Numbered from the stretch's first letter, positions 1 to 10,054 are shown. The stretch is 64,000 bases of DNA from Minisyncoccota bacterium (GCA_035708305.1 DASSSU010000030.1:9649-73648), one strand, 5' to 3'. The notes: generated by a model not told the origin, from the sequence alone. Numbers and translations are program-made.

Positions 1-506
1 ATCTCGCAGAGGGATAGGGTTTCGGGCTTACACGATCTTTTAAATGTTGGAAAAAAAGATGAAGTCTATGCTGAGCTCTCTCGCATCTATTCAGAGATCA
101 GAACTCTGATGGAGGCATAAAAAGTCTTCTGACAACAGAGAGATTTCCTCGCCCCCTCCTTTTTTTAAGGACGGGGGCTTTTTGACAAAGAAAAATACGC
201 GTATTATTCTTGGTTGGTAGGCTTACGAAGGAGATTGTCATGTACATCATCTCTGGTTTGAGTTCTAAGCCGTTCTTTTCTGTCTTTGGCGGTTTTGTGT
301 TGAAATGTATGTTCACAGGCGCGAAGGCATTGCTTTTCTTGGCAGTGGTACTGCTGGTCTCGGCGTCTTTCTTTTCATATCTCCTGCGAGACATGTTCGT
401 GAGCATAAAAAATCGTTAAGCTTTTGCTTTCGTTCGCCCGCTTCTTTTTTGGAAGCGGGTTTTGTTTTTGTATTTCCTTTTTCAGAAAAAAAATTATACT
501 GAAGCC

Positions 507-1772
507 ATGAAACGCATCTATCTGGACCACGCCGCGGCAACACCTGTGGACGCTGGAGTTTTGGAAAAAATGCATCGCTTGGAGCGGGAGATTTTTGCCA
601 ACCCGAGTGCGCTCTATCGGGAAGGTTTGGAAGCTCGAAAGGTGGTGGAAACGGCGCGGCGGGAAATCGCGGAGCAGATCGCGGCGCACGCCGATGAAAT
701 CATTTTTGCCGGGAGCGGCACTGAAGCGAACAACCTCGCTCTGCTCGGTCTGGCACAGGAAGCGCAAAAGGGGCGGAGAAAAAATCACGTGCTGGTTTCG
801 GCCGTGGAGCATCCGTCGGTTTTGGAATGCGCCGCGCAACTGCGATCGTACGGATTTACGGTGGAGTTTTTGCCTGTTTCGTCCGCGGGGGTGGTGGAGG
901 TGAAAGCGTTGAAAGAAATGCTCCGACCGGAGACACTCTTTGTTTCCGTGATGTATGCCAACAACGAAATCGGAACAGTAGAGCCGATCAAAGAGATCGC
1001 AAAAATTCTTCGCAAGTTTCGAAAGGATCAAAAAAGCAATTTTCCATATTTGCACACCGATGCTTGCCAGGCGACAAACTATTTGGATATGAATGTCCAG
1101 AGGCTGGGGGTGGATCTCATGACGTGGAACAGCCCGAAGATTTACGGTCCGAAAGGGGCGGCGGCGCTTTTTAAAAAGCGGGGGATAAAAATTGCGCCAA
1201 TCGTGCACGGCGGCGGACAGGAGCATGGGCTGCGAAGTGCAACAGAAGACACGGCGCGGATTTTTGGCTTTGCGGAAGCAATGAAGCTTACGGGTGAGAA
1301 GAAAGAAGCGGAAAGCGCGCGGCTTGCGGAGTTGCGGGATTTTTTTATTCAGGCAGTGGAAAAAGAAATTTCCTGTGCGGTACTGAACGGGTCAAGACCG
1401 GAGACTGTTTCGGCCGGTCAGACGGTTTCCAGTCAAAATGACACAAAAAGACTTCCCAACAATGTAAATTTTTCTTTCCTCGGGCATGATGCCGAAGAAA
1501 TCGTTTTGCGGCTTGATGCAAAGGGAATTGCCGTTTCCGCCCGAAGTGCTTGCGCGAGTCTCTCGGACGGTGAAGACGAACTCGGCGGTTCGTACGTGGT
1601 CCGTGCGCTCGGGCAAGCGACTGTTTCGGACGAGAAACTTGCCAATCCTGGAGACAAGACGATAGAAGACCGCGCATTTTCTTCCGTACGCTTCACCCTC
1701 GGTCGCGGCACGACAAAAGCGGACATTGAAATTACCATCAAAGTGCTCAAGGAAATCATGGAGAGGTTTTGA
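507..1772 (+). CDS. cysteine desulfurase, aminotransferase class V (IscS/NifS-like)
   Basis: N-terminus IYLDHAAATP; PLP-lysine region NSPKIYGPKGAAALF; catalytic Cys loop SARSACAS near the C-terminus. The ORF track starts at 462, but the conserved N-terminus begins at the ATG at 507. Confidence 0.85.
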   Translation: MKRIYLDHAAATPVDAGVLEKMHRLEREIFANPSALYREGLEARKVVETARREIAEQIAAHADEIIFAGSGTEANNLALLGLAQEAQKGRRKNHVLVSAVEHPSVLECAAQLRSYGFTVEFLPVSSAGVVEVKALKEMLRPETLFVSVMYANNEIGTVEPIKEIAKILRKFRKDQKSNFPYLHTDACQATNYLDMNVQRLGVDLMTWNSPKIYGPKGAAALFKKRGIKIAPIVHGGGQEHGLRSATEDTARIFGFAEAMKLTGEKKEAESARLAELRDFFIQAVEKEISCAVLNGSRPETVSAGQTVSSQNDTKRLPNNVNFSFLGHDAEEIVLRLDAKGIAVSARSACASLSDGEDELGGSYVVRALGQATVSDEKLANPGDKTIEDRAFSSVRFTLGRGTTKADIEITIKVLKEIMERF

Positions 1773-1801
1773 GAAATTTCCCTCTGAGTTTTGTTTCTGG
1801 T

Positions 1802-2650
1802 TTATTCAGCAAACCATTCTTGCGCTGATTTTTTGCTGTTGGTGCTCGAAATATCCGGAGTCACTCCGTCCAGGTAGCTTTGTCTTTCTTTGTCTTGCAT
1901 CATTCCGGTACTGAGCCAAATGCGTATGTCGCCGATGACGAACTCTTCGTTTCCAGTTGTGTACCCGGCGGTTCTTTCTCCAAAAAGTTTCACATTCTTT
2001 TGACTTTTCAATGACATTGCCAGTGCTTCTCCTGAGCTGGTGGTTTCTTTTGAGATGAGGGCGGCAATTTTTTCCGGATGGTATTTTTCGTGATTGACGG
2101 CATCAAACCATTTTGTGTCCCCACAGTACACCCCGTCTTTTTTCAATTTCCAAGCATCTCTTTTTTCTTTATAAGAGTATTGAAAATATCCGAGGATCTT
2201 TGTTTCGTAAAGGGGGGCAAGTGCAGCAAACCACGGGTACATATTTCCACCGGTATTTTCTGAAAGATCAAGGATGAGATATTTCTTGTCTTTTATTTTT
2301 TGAAGCGCGGAAACAATATCCGTGTAATTTTTATATAAATGTTCAGGGTTATTGGTGGGGCAATAAAATCCTTGAAGTTTCAAAAGTCCGGTTTCTTTAT
2401 CGCAACTTTTAGAGATCACGCTTTTTTCCCGGTGGTTGTGGTGAGATGCTGTTTCTTCTCCCGGGCTTTCATTGAAAACAGCAAAGGAATGATGATCAAT
2501 CTCTCGCAACAAATCATTCACGGGGTCTATCTTTGTGAGTTGGTTGGGGACTTTTTTCAACTTTTTCTCGTAGGCGTTCCAATCAATATCATGAGAAAAA
2601 TAAGAGTATTGCTTCACGGTCCGGAGAAATTTTTCTTTATCGAAATACAT
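1802..2650 (-). CDS. S41-family (C-terminal processing/tail-specific protease-like) serine peptidase
   Basis: LILDLSENTGGN and TSSGEALA (S41 catalytic Ser motif) are present. Confidence 0.65.
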   Translation of the reverse strand: MYFDKEKFLRTVKQYSYFSHDIDWNAYEKKLKKVPNQLTKIDPVNDLLREIDHHSFAVFNESPGEETASHHNHREKSVISKSCDKETGLLKLQGFYCPTNNPEHLYKNYTDIVSALQKIKDKKYLILDLSENTGGNMYPWFAALAPLYETKILGYFQYSYKEKRDAWKLKKDGVYCGDTKWFDAVNHEKYHPEKIAALISKETTSSGEALAMSLKSQKNVKLFGERTAGYTTGNEEFVIGDIRIWLSTGMMQDKERQSYLDGVTPDISSTNSKKSAQEWFAE

Positions 2651-2760
2651 ATATATTTGTAATTAATTACCGATCCAACCAGTCTTTGACAAATTAGCAT
2701 ATATTGTTTAGATTGTCATACGGAACAATTCGTTCCATATCATCCTACAGGAGATTGGAA

Positions 2761-3417
2761 ATGGGAGCGATGAATAAGCATCCGTCTTGTAAGAAGTCGT
2801 GGCCGTGCACAACACAAGCCACCTATAATATATCAAAGGCTCTTGCTGATATTTTTTCAGCGAATGCTGCTCTTGAGCGAGCACTTCTTTCGGAGATGGA
2901 TGGAGCGGTGAATTTGTCATCTCTGCACGAAATGTGTGAAAAGGCAAGGAGTTCTTATGAAGCTCTTCAGGGTGCGCGCGAGCAACTTGATCGTGCTATC
3001 CAGATCGGCGAGTCAGAGAAAACACCGTATCTGGAGGGTTTTCAAAAATTAAGTGCGAACAAGCTCGGTCACTTGTGGGGCGATTCATTGGTTCCCGGAC
3101 AACGTGAAACGGTCATTAAGATTGCTTCAGAAATAAAGTCTGATCACCTTGCTCCAAGTAGACGGTTCGTACGAGAGCTGTTGAAGATTGAAGATCTCAC
3201 AAACCGAGTACTTCAATCATTTCAGCAAGTATATTCTCTGGGAGAAAAGAATGGACTTCGTGAGGCTTTGGAACAGAACAAAGTTCCGTTGCAAGCGAAC
3301 TTCGCTCTTCTGATGACTGTTTGGACGGATTTTCTCAGGGAGTACATAATGGACTCTCTGATCGCCACTCATGTGGTGTTTGAGGTAGAAGGTTATCCGT
3401 CCTTGAAGGTATCGTAA
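2761..3417 (+). CDS. hypothetical protein (helical/coiled-coil rich)
   Basis: ORF with GGAGATTGGAA directly upstream of the ATG at 2761. No recognisable domain. Confidence 0.4.
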   Translation: MGAMNKHPSCKKSWPCTTQATYNISKALADIFSANAALERALLSEMDGAVNLSSLHEMCEKARSSYEALQGAREQLDRAIQIGESEKTPYLEGFQKLSANKLGHLWGDSLVPGQRETVIKIASEIKSDHLAPSRRFVRELLKIEDLTNRVLQSFQQVYSLGEKNGLREALEQNKVPLQANFALLMTVWTDFLREYIMDSLIATHVVFEVEGYPSLKVS

Positions 3418-3480
3418 CGATAAGTTACAGTTCTTTGTGTAGAAAATAGTTAAATAATTCCCTTTGTGATTTACAATTTT

Positions 3481-3510
3481 AACTCCTGTCTTGCACGGGA
3501 GTTCTTTTTA
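3481..3510 (+). terminator. rho-independent terminator-like hairpin
   Basis: AACTCC-tgtcttgcac-GGGAGTT followed by CTTTTT, downstream of the 2761..3417 ORF. Confidence 0.5.
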
Positions 3511-3587
3511 CTGAAAGAATTGAGGTTTATATTAAATCAAATTTAATATTCTGAGAGAAATTTAGATTATAATCAGTTGAACAGATA

Positions 3588-4088
3588 TTGATCAAAGATA
3601 TGAATATGCTTCGGTTAAGAAAATTAAAAATTGATGACAAAAAATATTTTGCACAATGGTGGAGAGATGTGGAATTACTTAAGTTCACCAGTGGTGTTTT
3701 GAAGCGTATTTCAGATGAGGAGCTTGATGAGTATTTTCAAAATATTTTTACCAGCACAAAAGATTATCATTTTTTGATTACATTAAATAAAAAAGTTATC
3801 GGTCATATATCTTTGTCTCAAAGAAAGAATGGTTGGTATGAAATACAAATAATTATAGGTGAAGAGCAATTTCGAGGAAAAGGATATGGTTCGAAGGCAA
3901 TTAAGCTTGCTGTGAGTAGGGCAAAACGATTAGGAATTGCTCAAATTTATCTAGAAGTAAGGCCGAACAATACCAGAGCCATTCATGCCTATGAGTATTG
4001 CGGTTTTCAAAAAGTAAGAACAATAACGTATCCCAAAAACAAATATTTGTTGAAAACAATCCGAATGGAATTAAACATAGATCTTTAG
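3588..4088 (+). CDS. GNAT-family N-acetyltransferase
   Basis: Acetyl-CoA binding region QFRGKGYGSKAIKLAV and IYLEVRPNNTRAIHAYEYCGF. The gene ends with TAG. Confidence 0.8.
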   Translation: MIKDMNMLRLRKLKIDDKKYFAQWWRDVELLKFTSGVLKRISDEELDEYFQNIFTSTKDYHFLITLNKKVIGHISLSQRKNGWYEIQIIIGEEQFRGKGYGSKAIKLAVSRAKRLGIAQIYLEVRPNNTRAIHAYEYCGFQKVRTITYPKNKYLLKTIRMELNIDL

Positions 4089-4228
4089 AACTATGGAAGA
4101 AAGTAGATGGAAAATGAATAATGAAGCCTCAAAGAAATTATGGAGAGGTTTTGAGATTTGCATTACCGGGAAAAATATGTAAGGTGGAAATATTACCGAA
4201 TTTTCCCCTTAATTCTCTGCTTTCCTTT

Positions 4229-7200
4229 ATGAAAAAATTTTTCCCGATTCGCTTGTTCTTTGTTTTCATTTTCTCACTCTTTCTTTTTTTACTCAATTCT
4301 GCTTTCGCTTTTGCAGACACGTACACCATCACCACGGCAGCTGATGGTGGTGATTGTACGAAGATCGGCACCTGGTCCGCTGACACACTCACGTGTACGA
4401 TGACACAAGATCTTCAGGGTTCTTCCGTGGTGATCGACGGAGATCATATCATTTTTGACGGTGCGGGGCATGTGGTGGGTGGGAGCTCTTTATTAGATAT
4501 CGAAGTAATGGCACAGGAAGGTTCGGGTATTACCATAAAAAATCTTCAAATACAGAATGGTGATGTTGGAATCGTGATTCTGGAGGATGCAAAAAATTCA
4601 AAAATAGAGAATGTTACGATTACGGCATCTGGTTATGGGGTAGAAATATTTGGTCCCAAAGATTTTTCCTTTTCAGATCATCATTCAACCATTTCGGGAA
4701 GTACATTTTCTCAGAATGCTGGTGGGGTGAAGATCTTTCATTCAGCTGAGGATGTTTTGCAGGGAAATACGTTTGCCAACAATGAAAACGCGGTTTCATT
4801 GTACAATGCGACAAGCACCACTATTTCCTCGAATCATTTTGAAAAAAATACTGAAGCACTCGATCTTTACACGGTTACTAACGTGTCTATCTCACAAAAT
4901 TCGATGTCCGAAAATGGTGATGCCATAATTGTATATGGCGGGGCAGAGAATCATTTTGTTGGAAACACTATTTCGAGAAGCAAATCTTCCGGAGTGACAA
5001 TGTATGGATCAGAAAAAGATGTCTTTACACTTAACACATGGAAAGAAAATGGAGTTGGTTTACTTTTGTATGGGGATTCAAACGGTGGGAACGCTTTTTA
5101 TCGAAATAATTTTATTGATAACGGTGAGAGTTTGAAGACTTATAAAGATTTGTCTCAGGATTCGTTTTTCCAAACAATTCCTTCCAAGGATTACGGTGGG
5201 AATTACTGGAGTGATTTTGATACTGCGGAAGAAGGCTGCCAAGATACAAACGCCGATGGTTTTTGTGATGATCCGTATAGCATCATCAACGATAACAGTA
5301 GAGAGCGGGTAAGTCCTGACCGCTTTGCCTGGACGAAGCCAAATGGCTGGGAGAATCAATGTGTTAAGGGTTGTTATTCGAATGTGGCATTCATTCCGGG
5401 CATAGAAGGGAGCCGGCTCTACACAGATGGATTTATCGGAAGCAATCAACTTTGGAAACCGAACCGAAATGCAGATGTTGAAAAGCTGTACATGGACGAT
5501 CAAGGGAAGAGTATCAACCATGTTTTTGTGGGTGAGCCGATCGATCAAGTGTATGGTGTTGGAGAAAATATCTATAAAGGCTACATGGATTTTATGGATG
5601 GTCTTGTCTCGGATGGAACCATCGAAGGTTGGCAACCACTGCCGTATGACTGGCGGTACGATGTACGAGATGTGGTAAAGTATCCGATAATACTTGAATC
5701 TGGTGCTTACTCAATGGTGGACAGAATAGAGAAGCTGGCAAAAACATCAAAAACCGGGAAAGTGACGATTGTGGCGCATTCCAATGGCGGACTGGTGGGG
5801 AAAGCACTTATTTCTGCTTTGGTGGCGAAAGGAGAGGGAGGTCTTATTGATCAGTTTATTATGGTCGGCACTCCTCAACTGGGCACCCCGGAAGCGCTCC
5901 CGGTGCTTTTGCACGGAGAAGACCAAGAGCAAGGGCATGGGTTTATTGTGAATAAAGCAACTGGAAGAAAAGCAGCGCTTACCATGCCGGGGGCGTATGG
6001 TTTACTTCCATTTCCGGATTACTTTCAGGCGGTAAATACAATTGCTCAGCCACTTATAAAATTTGATCCCAAGCTTAACACCTCTGAAATTAAAAATTTA
6101 GAAAATTTTTATGGAGGGCAGATTGATTCAGAAAGCAAAATGGATCAATTTCTTTTGGGGGCGGATGGGAGGTCACAGGCGGCTTTCAGTGACACGGAAC
6201 ACCCAAGTATTGTAAATCCTGTTCTTCTTTCCAAAGAGCAAAATACGCAGCAGTTTCTTGAAAATTGGACTGCTCCAAGCAATGTGCAGATTACTCAGAT
6301 TGCCGGCTGGGGGCTTAAAACTATTCAAGGAATAACATACACTGAACCACTCGGATGTGCCCCTGAACTAACTCCTTGTGTGAGGATTCCGGTAGACGGA
6401 TTTTGGTATGAACCAGATCTCACTATGGAAGGAGATGGTACAGTTGTGTCCTCAAGCGCGGTTGCAGATAAGAATGTGAAGACATATTATCTAAAGTTGG
6501 ATGACTATAATGAGCGCGAACTTTCTAATGTAAAGCATGGGAATATCCTTGAAGTTCTCTCTCTTCAAAATTTAATTAAAGAGCTCATAGAAAAATCTCC
6601 GGTTGAAAATTTTCCGTATATTTCTGATACCAAACCACTCGTTGATCCATCAAAAGAGAGTTACCAACTTAGTGTGCATTCCCCAGTTTCCCTCAGTGCT
6701 ACCGATGAAAATGGAAACTGTACCGGGCTTGTCGATAATCCAAATCCCGATTCAGACATTCAACTTGTTAGCCAAGAAATTCCAAACAGCTATTATATGG
6801 AATTTGGAGAAGGAAAATACCTCGGCTTTGGAGGAGGGGAGTCTCACACTATCGCTCTCCATGGTCTCGACTATGGCACCTTCACTTTTGATATTACCGA
6901 AGTGGATGGAGATGAAGAAACAAAAACTATTTCTTACCAAAACATTCCTGTCACGCCAGATACGATCGCAGTAATGAACATTCAGTCTCTGAGCAGTCAC
7001 TCTCCACTTGAGATTGATCTTGATGGAGATGGAACAAGTGACTTTTCTCTTGAAGATGGAAATCAAAGCCTTGATCCAGTCACGTATGTTTCTTTTATTG
7101 AGAAAAGTCTCGTGGATATGCATCTTCAAAACGGCATTGAGAAGAGCACGGGAGCACAGCTGGAAAATCTCAAGCGTACCCTGCAAAAGCCTGAGAAAAA

Positions 7201-7357
7201 AGGAAAAAATTCTGGAAAAGATACTTCTAAACTGCTAAAAGACATCGATCAACTTTCCGACAAAATCACTCGCGATCAAATGCACGGAAAAATTCCAGCC
7301 AAACAGGCGGAAGTGTTGATAAAAGAATTGGGGATATTGAAGGGGTTGGTAGAATAG
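4229..7357 (+). CDS. large secreted multidomain protein: signal peptide, parallel beta-helix repeats, LCAT-like alpha/beta-hydrolase (lipase) domain, EF-hand/dockerin-like Ca-binding loop, C-terminal coiled coil
   Basis: Hydrophobic leader MKKFFPIRLFFVFIFSLFLFLLNSAFAFA (ATG at 4229; the track ORF starts at 4121). Repeated N-x-I/V-x-x-N beta-helix rungs (ITIKNLQIQNGDVGIV..., NTFANNENAVSLYNATSTTISSNHF...). PYDWRYD motif and nucleophile elbow VTIVAHSNGG (AHSxG as in Bacillus LipA / LCAT family). EIDLDGDGTSDFSLED loop. K/E-rich helical tail. Confidence 0.7.
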   Translation: MKKFFPIRLFFVFIFSLFLFLLNSAFAFADTYTITTAADGGDCTKIGTWSADTLTCTMTQDLQGSSVVIDGDHIIFDGAGHVVGGSSLLDIEVMAQEGSGITIKNLQIQNGDVGIVILEDAKNSKIENVTITASGYGVEIFGPKDFSFSDHHSTISGSTFSQNAGGVKIFHSAEDVLQGNTFANNENAVSLYNATSTTISSNHFEKNTEALDLYTVTNVSISQNSMSENGDAIIVYGGAENHFVGNTISRSKSSGVTMYGSEKDVFTLNTWKENGVGLLLYGDSNGGNAFYRNNFIDNGESLKTYKDLSQDSFFQTIPSKDYGGNYWSDFDTAEEGCQDTNADGFCDDPYSIINDNSRERVSPDRFAWTKPNGWENQCVKGCYSNVAFIPGIEGSRLYTDGFIGSNQLWKPNRNADVEKLYMDDQGKSINHVFVGEPIDQVYGVGENIYKGYMDFMDGLVSDGTIEGWQPLPYDWRYDVRDVVKYPIILESGAYSMVDRIEKLAKTSKTGKVTIVAHSNGGLVGKALISALVAKGEGGLIDQFIMVGTPQLGTPEALPVLLHGEDQEQGHGFIVNKATGRKAALTMPGAYGLLPFPDYFQAVNTIAQPLIKFDPKLNTSEIKNLENFYGGQIDSESKMDQFLLGADGRSQAAFSDTEHPSIVNPVLLSKEQNTQQFLENWTAPSNVQITQIAGWGLKTIQGITYTEPLGCAPELTPCVRIPVDGFWYEPDLTMEGDGTVVSSSAVADKNVKTYYLKLDDYNERELSNVKHGNILEVLSLQNLIKELIEKSPVENFPYISDTKPLVDPSKESYQLSVHSPVSLSATDENGNCTGLVDNPNPDSDIQLVSQEIPNSYYMEFGEGKYLGFGGGESHTIALHGLDYGTFTFDITEVDGDEETKTISYQNIPVTPDTIAVMNIQSLSSHSPLEIDLDGDGTSDFSLEDGNQSLDPVTYVSFIEKSLVDMHLQNGIEKSTGAQLENLKRTLQKPEKKGKNSGKDTSKLLKDIDQLSDKITRDQMHGKIPAKQAEVLIKELGILKGLVE

Positions 7358-7391
7358 GGAATATTAAGTACAAAAAAACATTAAGTAATTT

Positions 7392-8171
7392 ATGGATTAT
7401 AAAATTAAACTTTCCTTAACAGCACTTCTTTTATTTTTTCTATTTTTGTGTGTTTTTCCTGAAGTTATATTTTTGTTGGGCGTGCCACAATTTTTCCCGT
7501 TTGTCTGGCAAACGGCTCTCATTTTCTATGCTTTTGAGGTTCTGATTTTTTTGGTTCTCGCAATCCTTTGGCCTCAGCGATTCAGACTGTGGAAAATATT
7601 TGTTTTGTTTTTTCTTCTTTTCTCATTTCTAGTAATTTTTTCAACACCTGAATTTACTGGCGGGGGATGGGCATTGAATGATTTAGACAGGGAGGGCGTG
7701 ATATGGTTTCACTCTATCTCTTTTGTTGTAATTTCTTTGGTTTTTGGGGTATGGTCATTTATTGAGGTTTTCTTATCTCGAAGAACACAATTAAAAAATA
7801 ACCTCGGACGCAAGAAGTTTCTCGTAAACATAATACCTGTTGCTGTTACTTTTTTGCTGGTGTTAGCATTGAGCTTTATATTTGGTTTTGATTCTTATGG
7901 AGATTTTGCATATGTATTATTTTTGAGTTTAATCGGAGGTATTTTGTTGCTGCATCTTTTTTACTTTGCTTATCTGTGTGGATTGAGACTCTCTGATTCG
8001 GGGCATTCAAAAAAATGGTTAATTTTGCTTACAATACCTCTTATCCCTGTTTTCATTCTGCCACCATTCGGTGTCTTACTTTCTATTTTTCTCTCTCCTT
8101 TTTACTTGTTGGTAATTATTATTTTAGGAATTTTACCAAAATCAAACAACAACTTTAGAAAAATGACTTGA
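7392..8171 (+). CDS. polytopic integral membrane protein, unknown function
   Basis: About 7-8 strongly hydrophobic segments. It follows the large secreted protein directly. Confidence 0.5.
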   Translation: MDYKIKLSLTALLLFFLFLCVFPEVIFLLGVPQFFPFVWQTALIFYAFEVLIFLVLAILWPQRFRLWKIFVLFFLLFSFLVIFSTPEFTGGGWALNDLDREGVIWFHSISFVVISLVFGVWSFIEVFLSRRTQLKNNLGRKKFLVNIIPVAVTFLLVLALSFIFGFDSYGDFAYVLFLSLIGGILLLHLFYFAYLCGLRLSDSGHSKKWLILLTIPLIPVFILPPFGVLLSIFLSPFYLLVIIILGILPKSNNNFRKMT

Positions 8172-8219
8172 AAGCCGGTGCAGAAATAAGCATTTTGTCC
8201 CCGCGGAGTTTCTGATATA

Positions 8220-8243
8220 ATGAAACGCAATGACAGAAGATGA
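8220..8243 (+). promoter_or_regulatory. 7-codon uORF (MKRNDRR*) ending in UGA, overlapping the prfB start in the 0 frame
   Basis: ATG AAA CGC AAT GAC AGA AGA TGA. A GGAG at 8203..8206 is spaced for this ATG rather than for the prfB ATG at 8230. A +1 slip at AGA-UGA would enter the prfB frame. Confidence 0.3.
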
Positions 8244-9141
8244 AGGGAAGCACGTCAGTAAGAAAGAGCACCTTGAGAAGAGAATCAAAGAAATCGAAGA
8301 CGCCATGATGCGTCCGGACTTTTGGGATGACAAAGACAAAGCGCAGCGGGAAATTCGCGAAATGAACGATCTCAAAGACGCGCTGGAAGGTGTCGGGAAA
8401 TACGACAAAAAGAACGCTGTTTTCACGATTTTTTCCGGTGCGGGAGGCGATGATGCGGAGGATTTTTCCCGAATGCTTTTTGACATGTACCAAAAATGCG
8501 CGGCGGAGAAAAACTTTGGGATAAAGATCTTGCACGAAAACCAAAATGACCACGGCGGTTACCGCAACATTTCCTTTGAAGTCGAAGGGAAGAACGCGTA
8601 CGGGATTTTCAAAAATGAATCCGGTGTGCATCGCTTGGTCCGCATCAGTCCGTTTAATGCCAAAAAGCTGCGCCACACTTCTTTTTCTTTGGTGGAAGTC
8701 ATTCCGAAGTTCGACATTGAGTCTGATTCTGACATTGTGATTCCCGACAAAGATCTGAAGGTGGAGTTTTCACGGTCAAGTGGTCCTGGCGGGCAAAATG
8801 CGAACAAACGAGAAACGGCGGTCCGGGTGGTGCACATTCCGACGAACCTTTCCGCCAGCGCTGAATCCGAGCGTTCCCAGGAGCAGAACAAAGCACAGGC
8901 ACTCAGTCTTCTGAAAGCCAAGATTTACCGCCGGATCGAAGAAAATCGCATTGAAGAAAAAGAAGGCATGTACGTTTCCAAAACAACCGAGGCGGAGTGG
9001 GGGAATCAGATCCGTTCGTACGTGCTTCATCCATACAAAATGGTGAAGGACCATCGGACGGGAGTGGAGACCCACGACGTAGATGCGGTACTGAACGGAG
9101 GATTGGACGCGTTCCTTGAGGCGGAAAGAAATATTGAATAG
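8230..9141 (+). CDS. prfB: peptide chain release factor 2 (RF2), short N-terminus
   Basis: SPF tripeptide (RISPFNAKK), GGQ motif (SGPGGQNANKRETAVRVVHIPT), SGAGGDDAEDF. Only about 69 aa precede the SGAGG region versus about 120 in E. coli. No canonical CUU-UGA-C frameshift site. Confidence 0.9.
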   Translation: MTEDEGKHVSKKEHLEKRIKEIEDAMMRPDFWDDKDKAQREIREMNDLKDALEGVGKYDKKNAVFTIFSGAGGDDAEDFSRMLFDMYQKCAAEKNFGIKILHENQNDHGGYRNISFEVEGKNAYGIFKNESGVHRLVRISPFNAKKLRHTSFSLVEVIPKFDIESDSDIVIPDKDLKVEFSRSSGPGGQNANKRETAVRVVHIPTNLSASAESERSQEQNKAQALSLLKAKIYRRIEENRIEEKEGMYVSKTTEAEWGNQIRSYVLHPYKMVKDHRTGVETHDVDAVLNGGLDAFLEAERNIE

Positions 9142-9176
9142 CAGAAAGAAAAAAAGTATAAACGAGCAAATTTAAG

Positions 9177-9920
9177 ATGAAACACGGAGACAAAAAACAT
9201 ATGGAAGACGCTGAAGATGGCGGAAGCGAACGAAAAAGCATCATTCGCTTTGAAAAAGTCTGCAAAAAATATCCAAATGACTCGATCGCACTTCAGGATA
9301 TTTCGTTTTCGGTGATGCCGGGGGAGATTGTGTCTGTGGTTGGGCATTCCGGTGCAGGGAAAACGACGATTTTGAAGATGCTCATTGCAGAAGACCGTCC
9401 GTCGTCCGGGCAGGTTTTCTTCGAGACGGCTGATGTACACAAACTGAAGCGCCGTGAAGTCACCACGCTCAGAAAACGCATTGGAACGGTCTTTCAAAAC
9501 TACCGCCTTCTGCCGCACAAGACCGCGTTTGAAAACATCGCTTTTGCTATGGAAGCCGCAGGAAGGAGCAACGAAGACATCAAGTCAGATGTGCCACAGG
9601 TGCTTGATTTGGTGGATCTTCACGACAAACTGAACAGCTTTCCGCATGAGCTCTCCGGCGGAGAAAAGCAGCGGGTGGCAATCGCCCGCGCGATCATCAA
9701 CCAGCCGGACTTGATCATTGCTGACGAGCCGACTGGCAACCTCGACCCGGTCAACACGTATGAAATCGTGCAGATTTTAAAGAAAATCAACGACTTTGGA
9801 ACAACGGTGGTTTTGACAACGCACAACAAAGGTGTGGTGGAGTCACTGGGAAGTCGGGTGATCACGGTGGACGGAGGGAGGATTGTGCGGGACGATCCGA
9901 CGGGGCGCTATGTGTTATAG
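9177..9920 (+). CDS. ftsE: cell-division ABC ATPase FtsE
   Basis: Walker [10 protein letters not shown], signature [14 protein letters not shown], Walker [13 protein letters not shown]. Immediately upstream of an FtsX-like permease. Confidence 0.85.
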   Translation: MKHGDKKHMEDAEDGGSERKSIIRFEKVCKKYPNDSIALQDISFSVMPGEIVSVVGHSGAGKTTILKMLIAEDRPSSGQVFFETADVHKLKRREVTTLRKRIGTVFQNYRLLPHKTAFENIAFAMEAAGRSNEDIKSDVPQVLDLVDLHDKLNSFPHELSGGEKQRVAIARAIINQPDLIIADEPTGNLDPVNTYEIVQILKKINDFGTTVVLTTHNKGVVESLGSRVITVDGGRIVRDDPTGRYVL

Positions 9921-10045
9921 CAGCTTCTATTTCCGGCACTAAATTCAAAACTTACTAAGCACTCGGAAATGAAACCTCTTACCTTGTCGTTTGTGGTATT
10001 GGAGTGTTCAAACTTTCTGTTTTTTTAAAAAACTAGGCGGAGAAA

Positions 10046-10054
10046 ATAATTTGC
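10046..10054 (+). promoter_or_regulatory. possible -10 element (GATATAAT) upstream of ftsX
   Basis: TTTGCGATATAAT about 20 nt before the ftsX ATG. No convincing -35. Confidence 0.25.

Noticed and set aside
375-1226. 283-aa minus-strand ORF
   Set aside because: It is antisense to the cysteine desulfurase gene and has no motif support.
8172-8260. Canonical prfB +1 frameshift site (SD-like sequence plus CUU UGA C after about 25 codons)
   Set aside because: It is not present. The upstream gene ends at 8171, leaving only 58 nt. Only a 7-codon UGA-terminated uORF exists, and it is reported separately as a finding.
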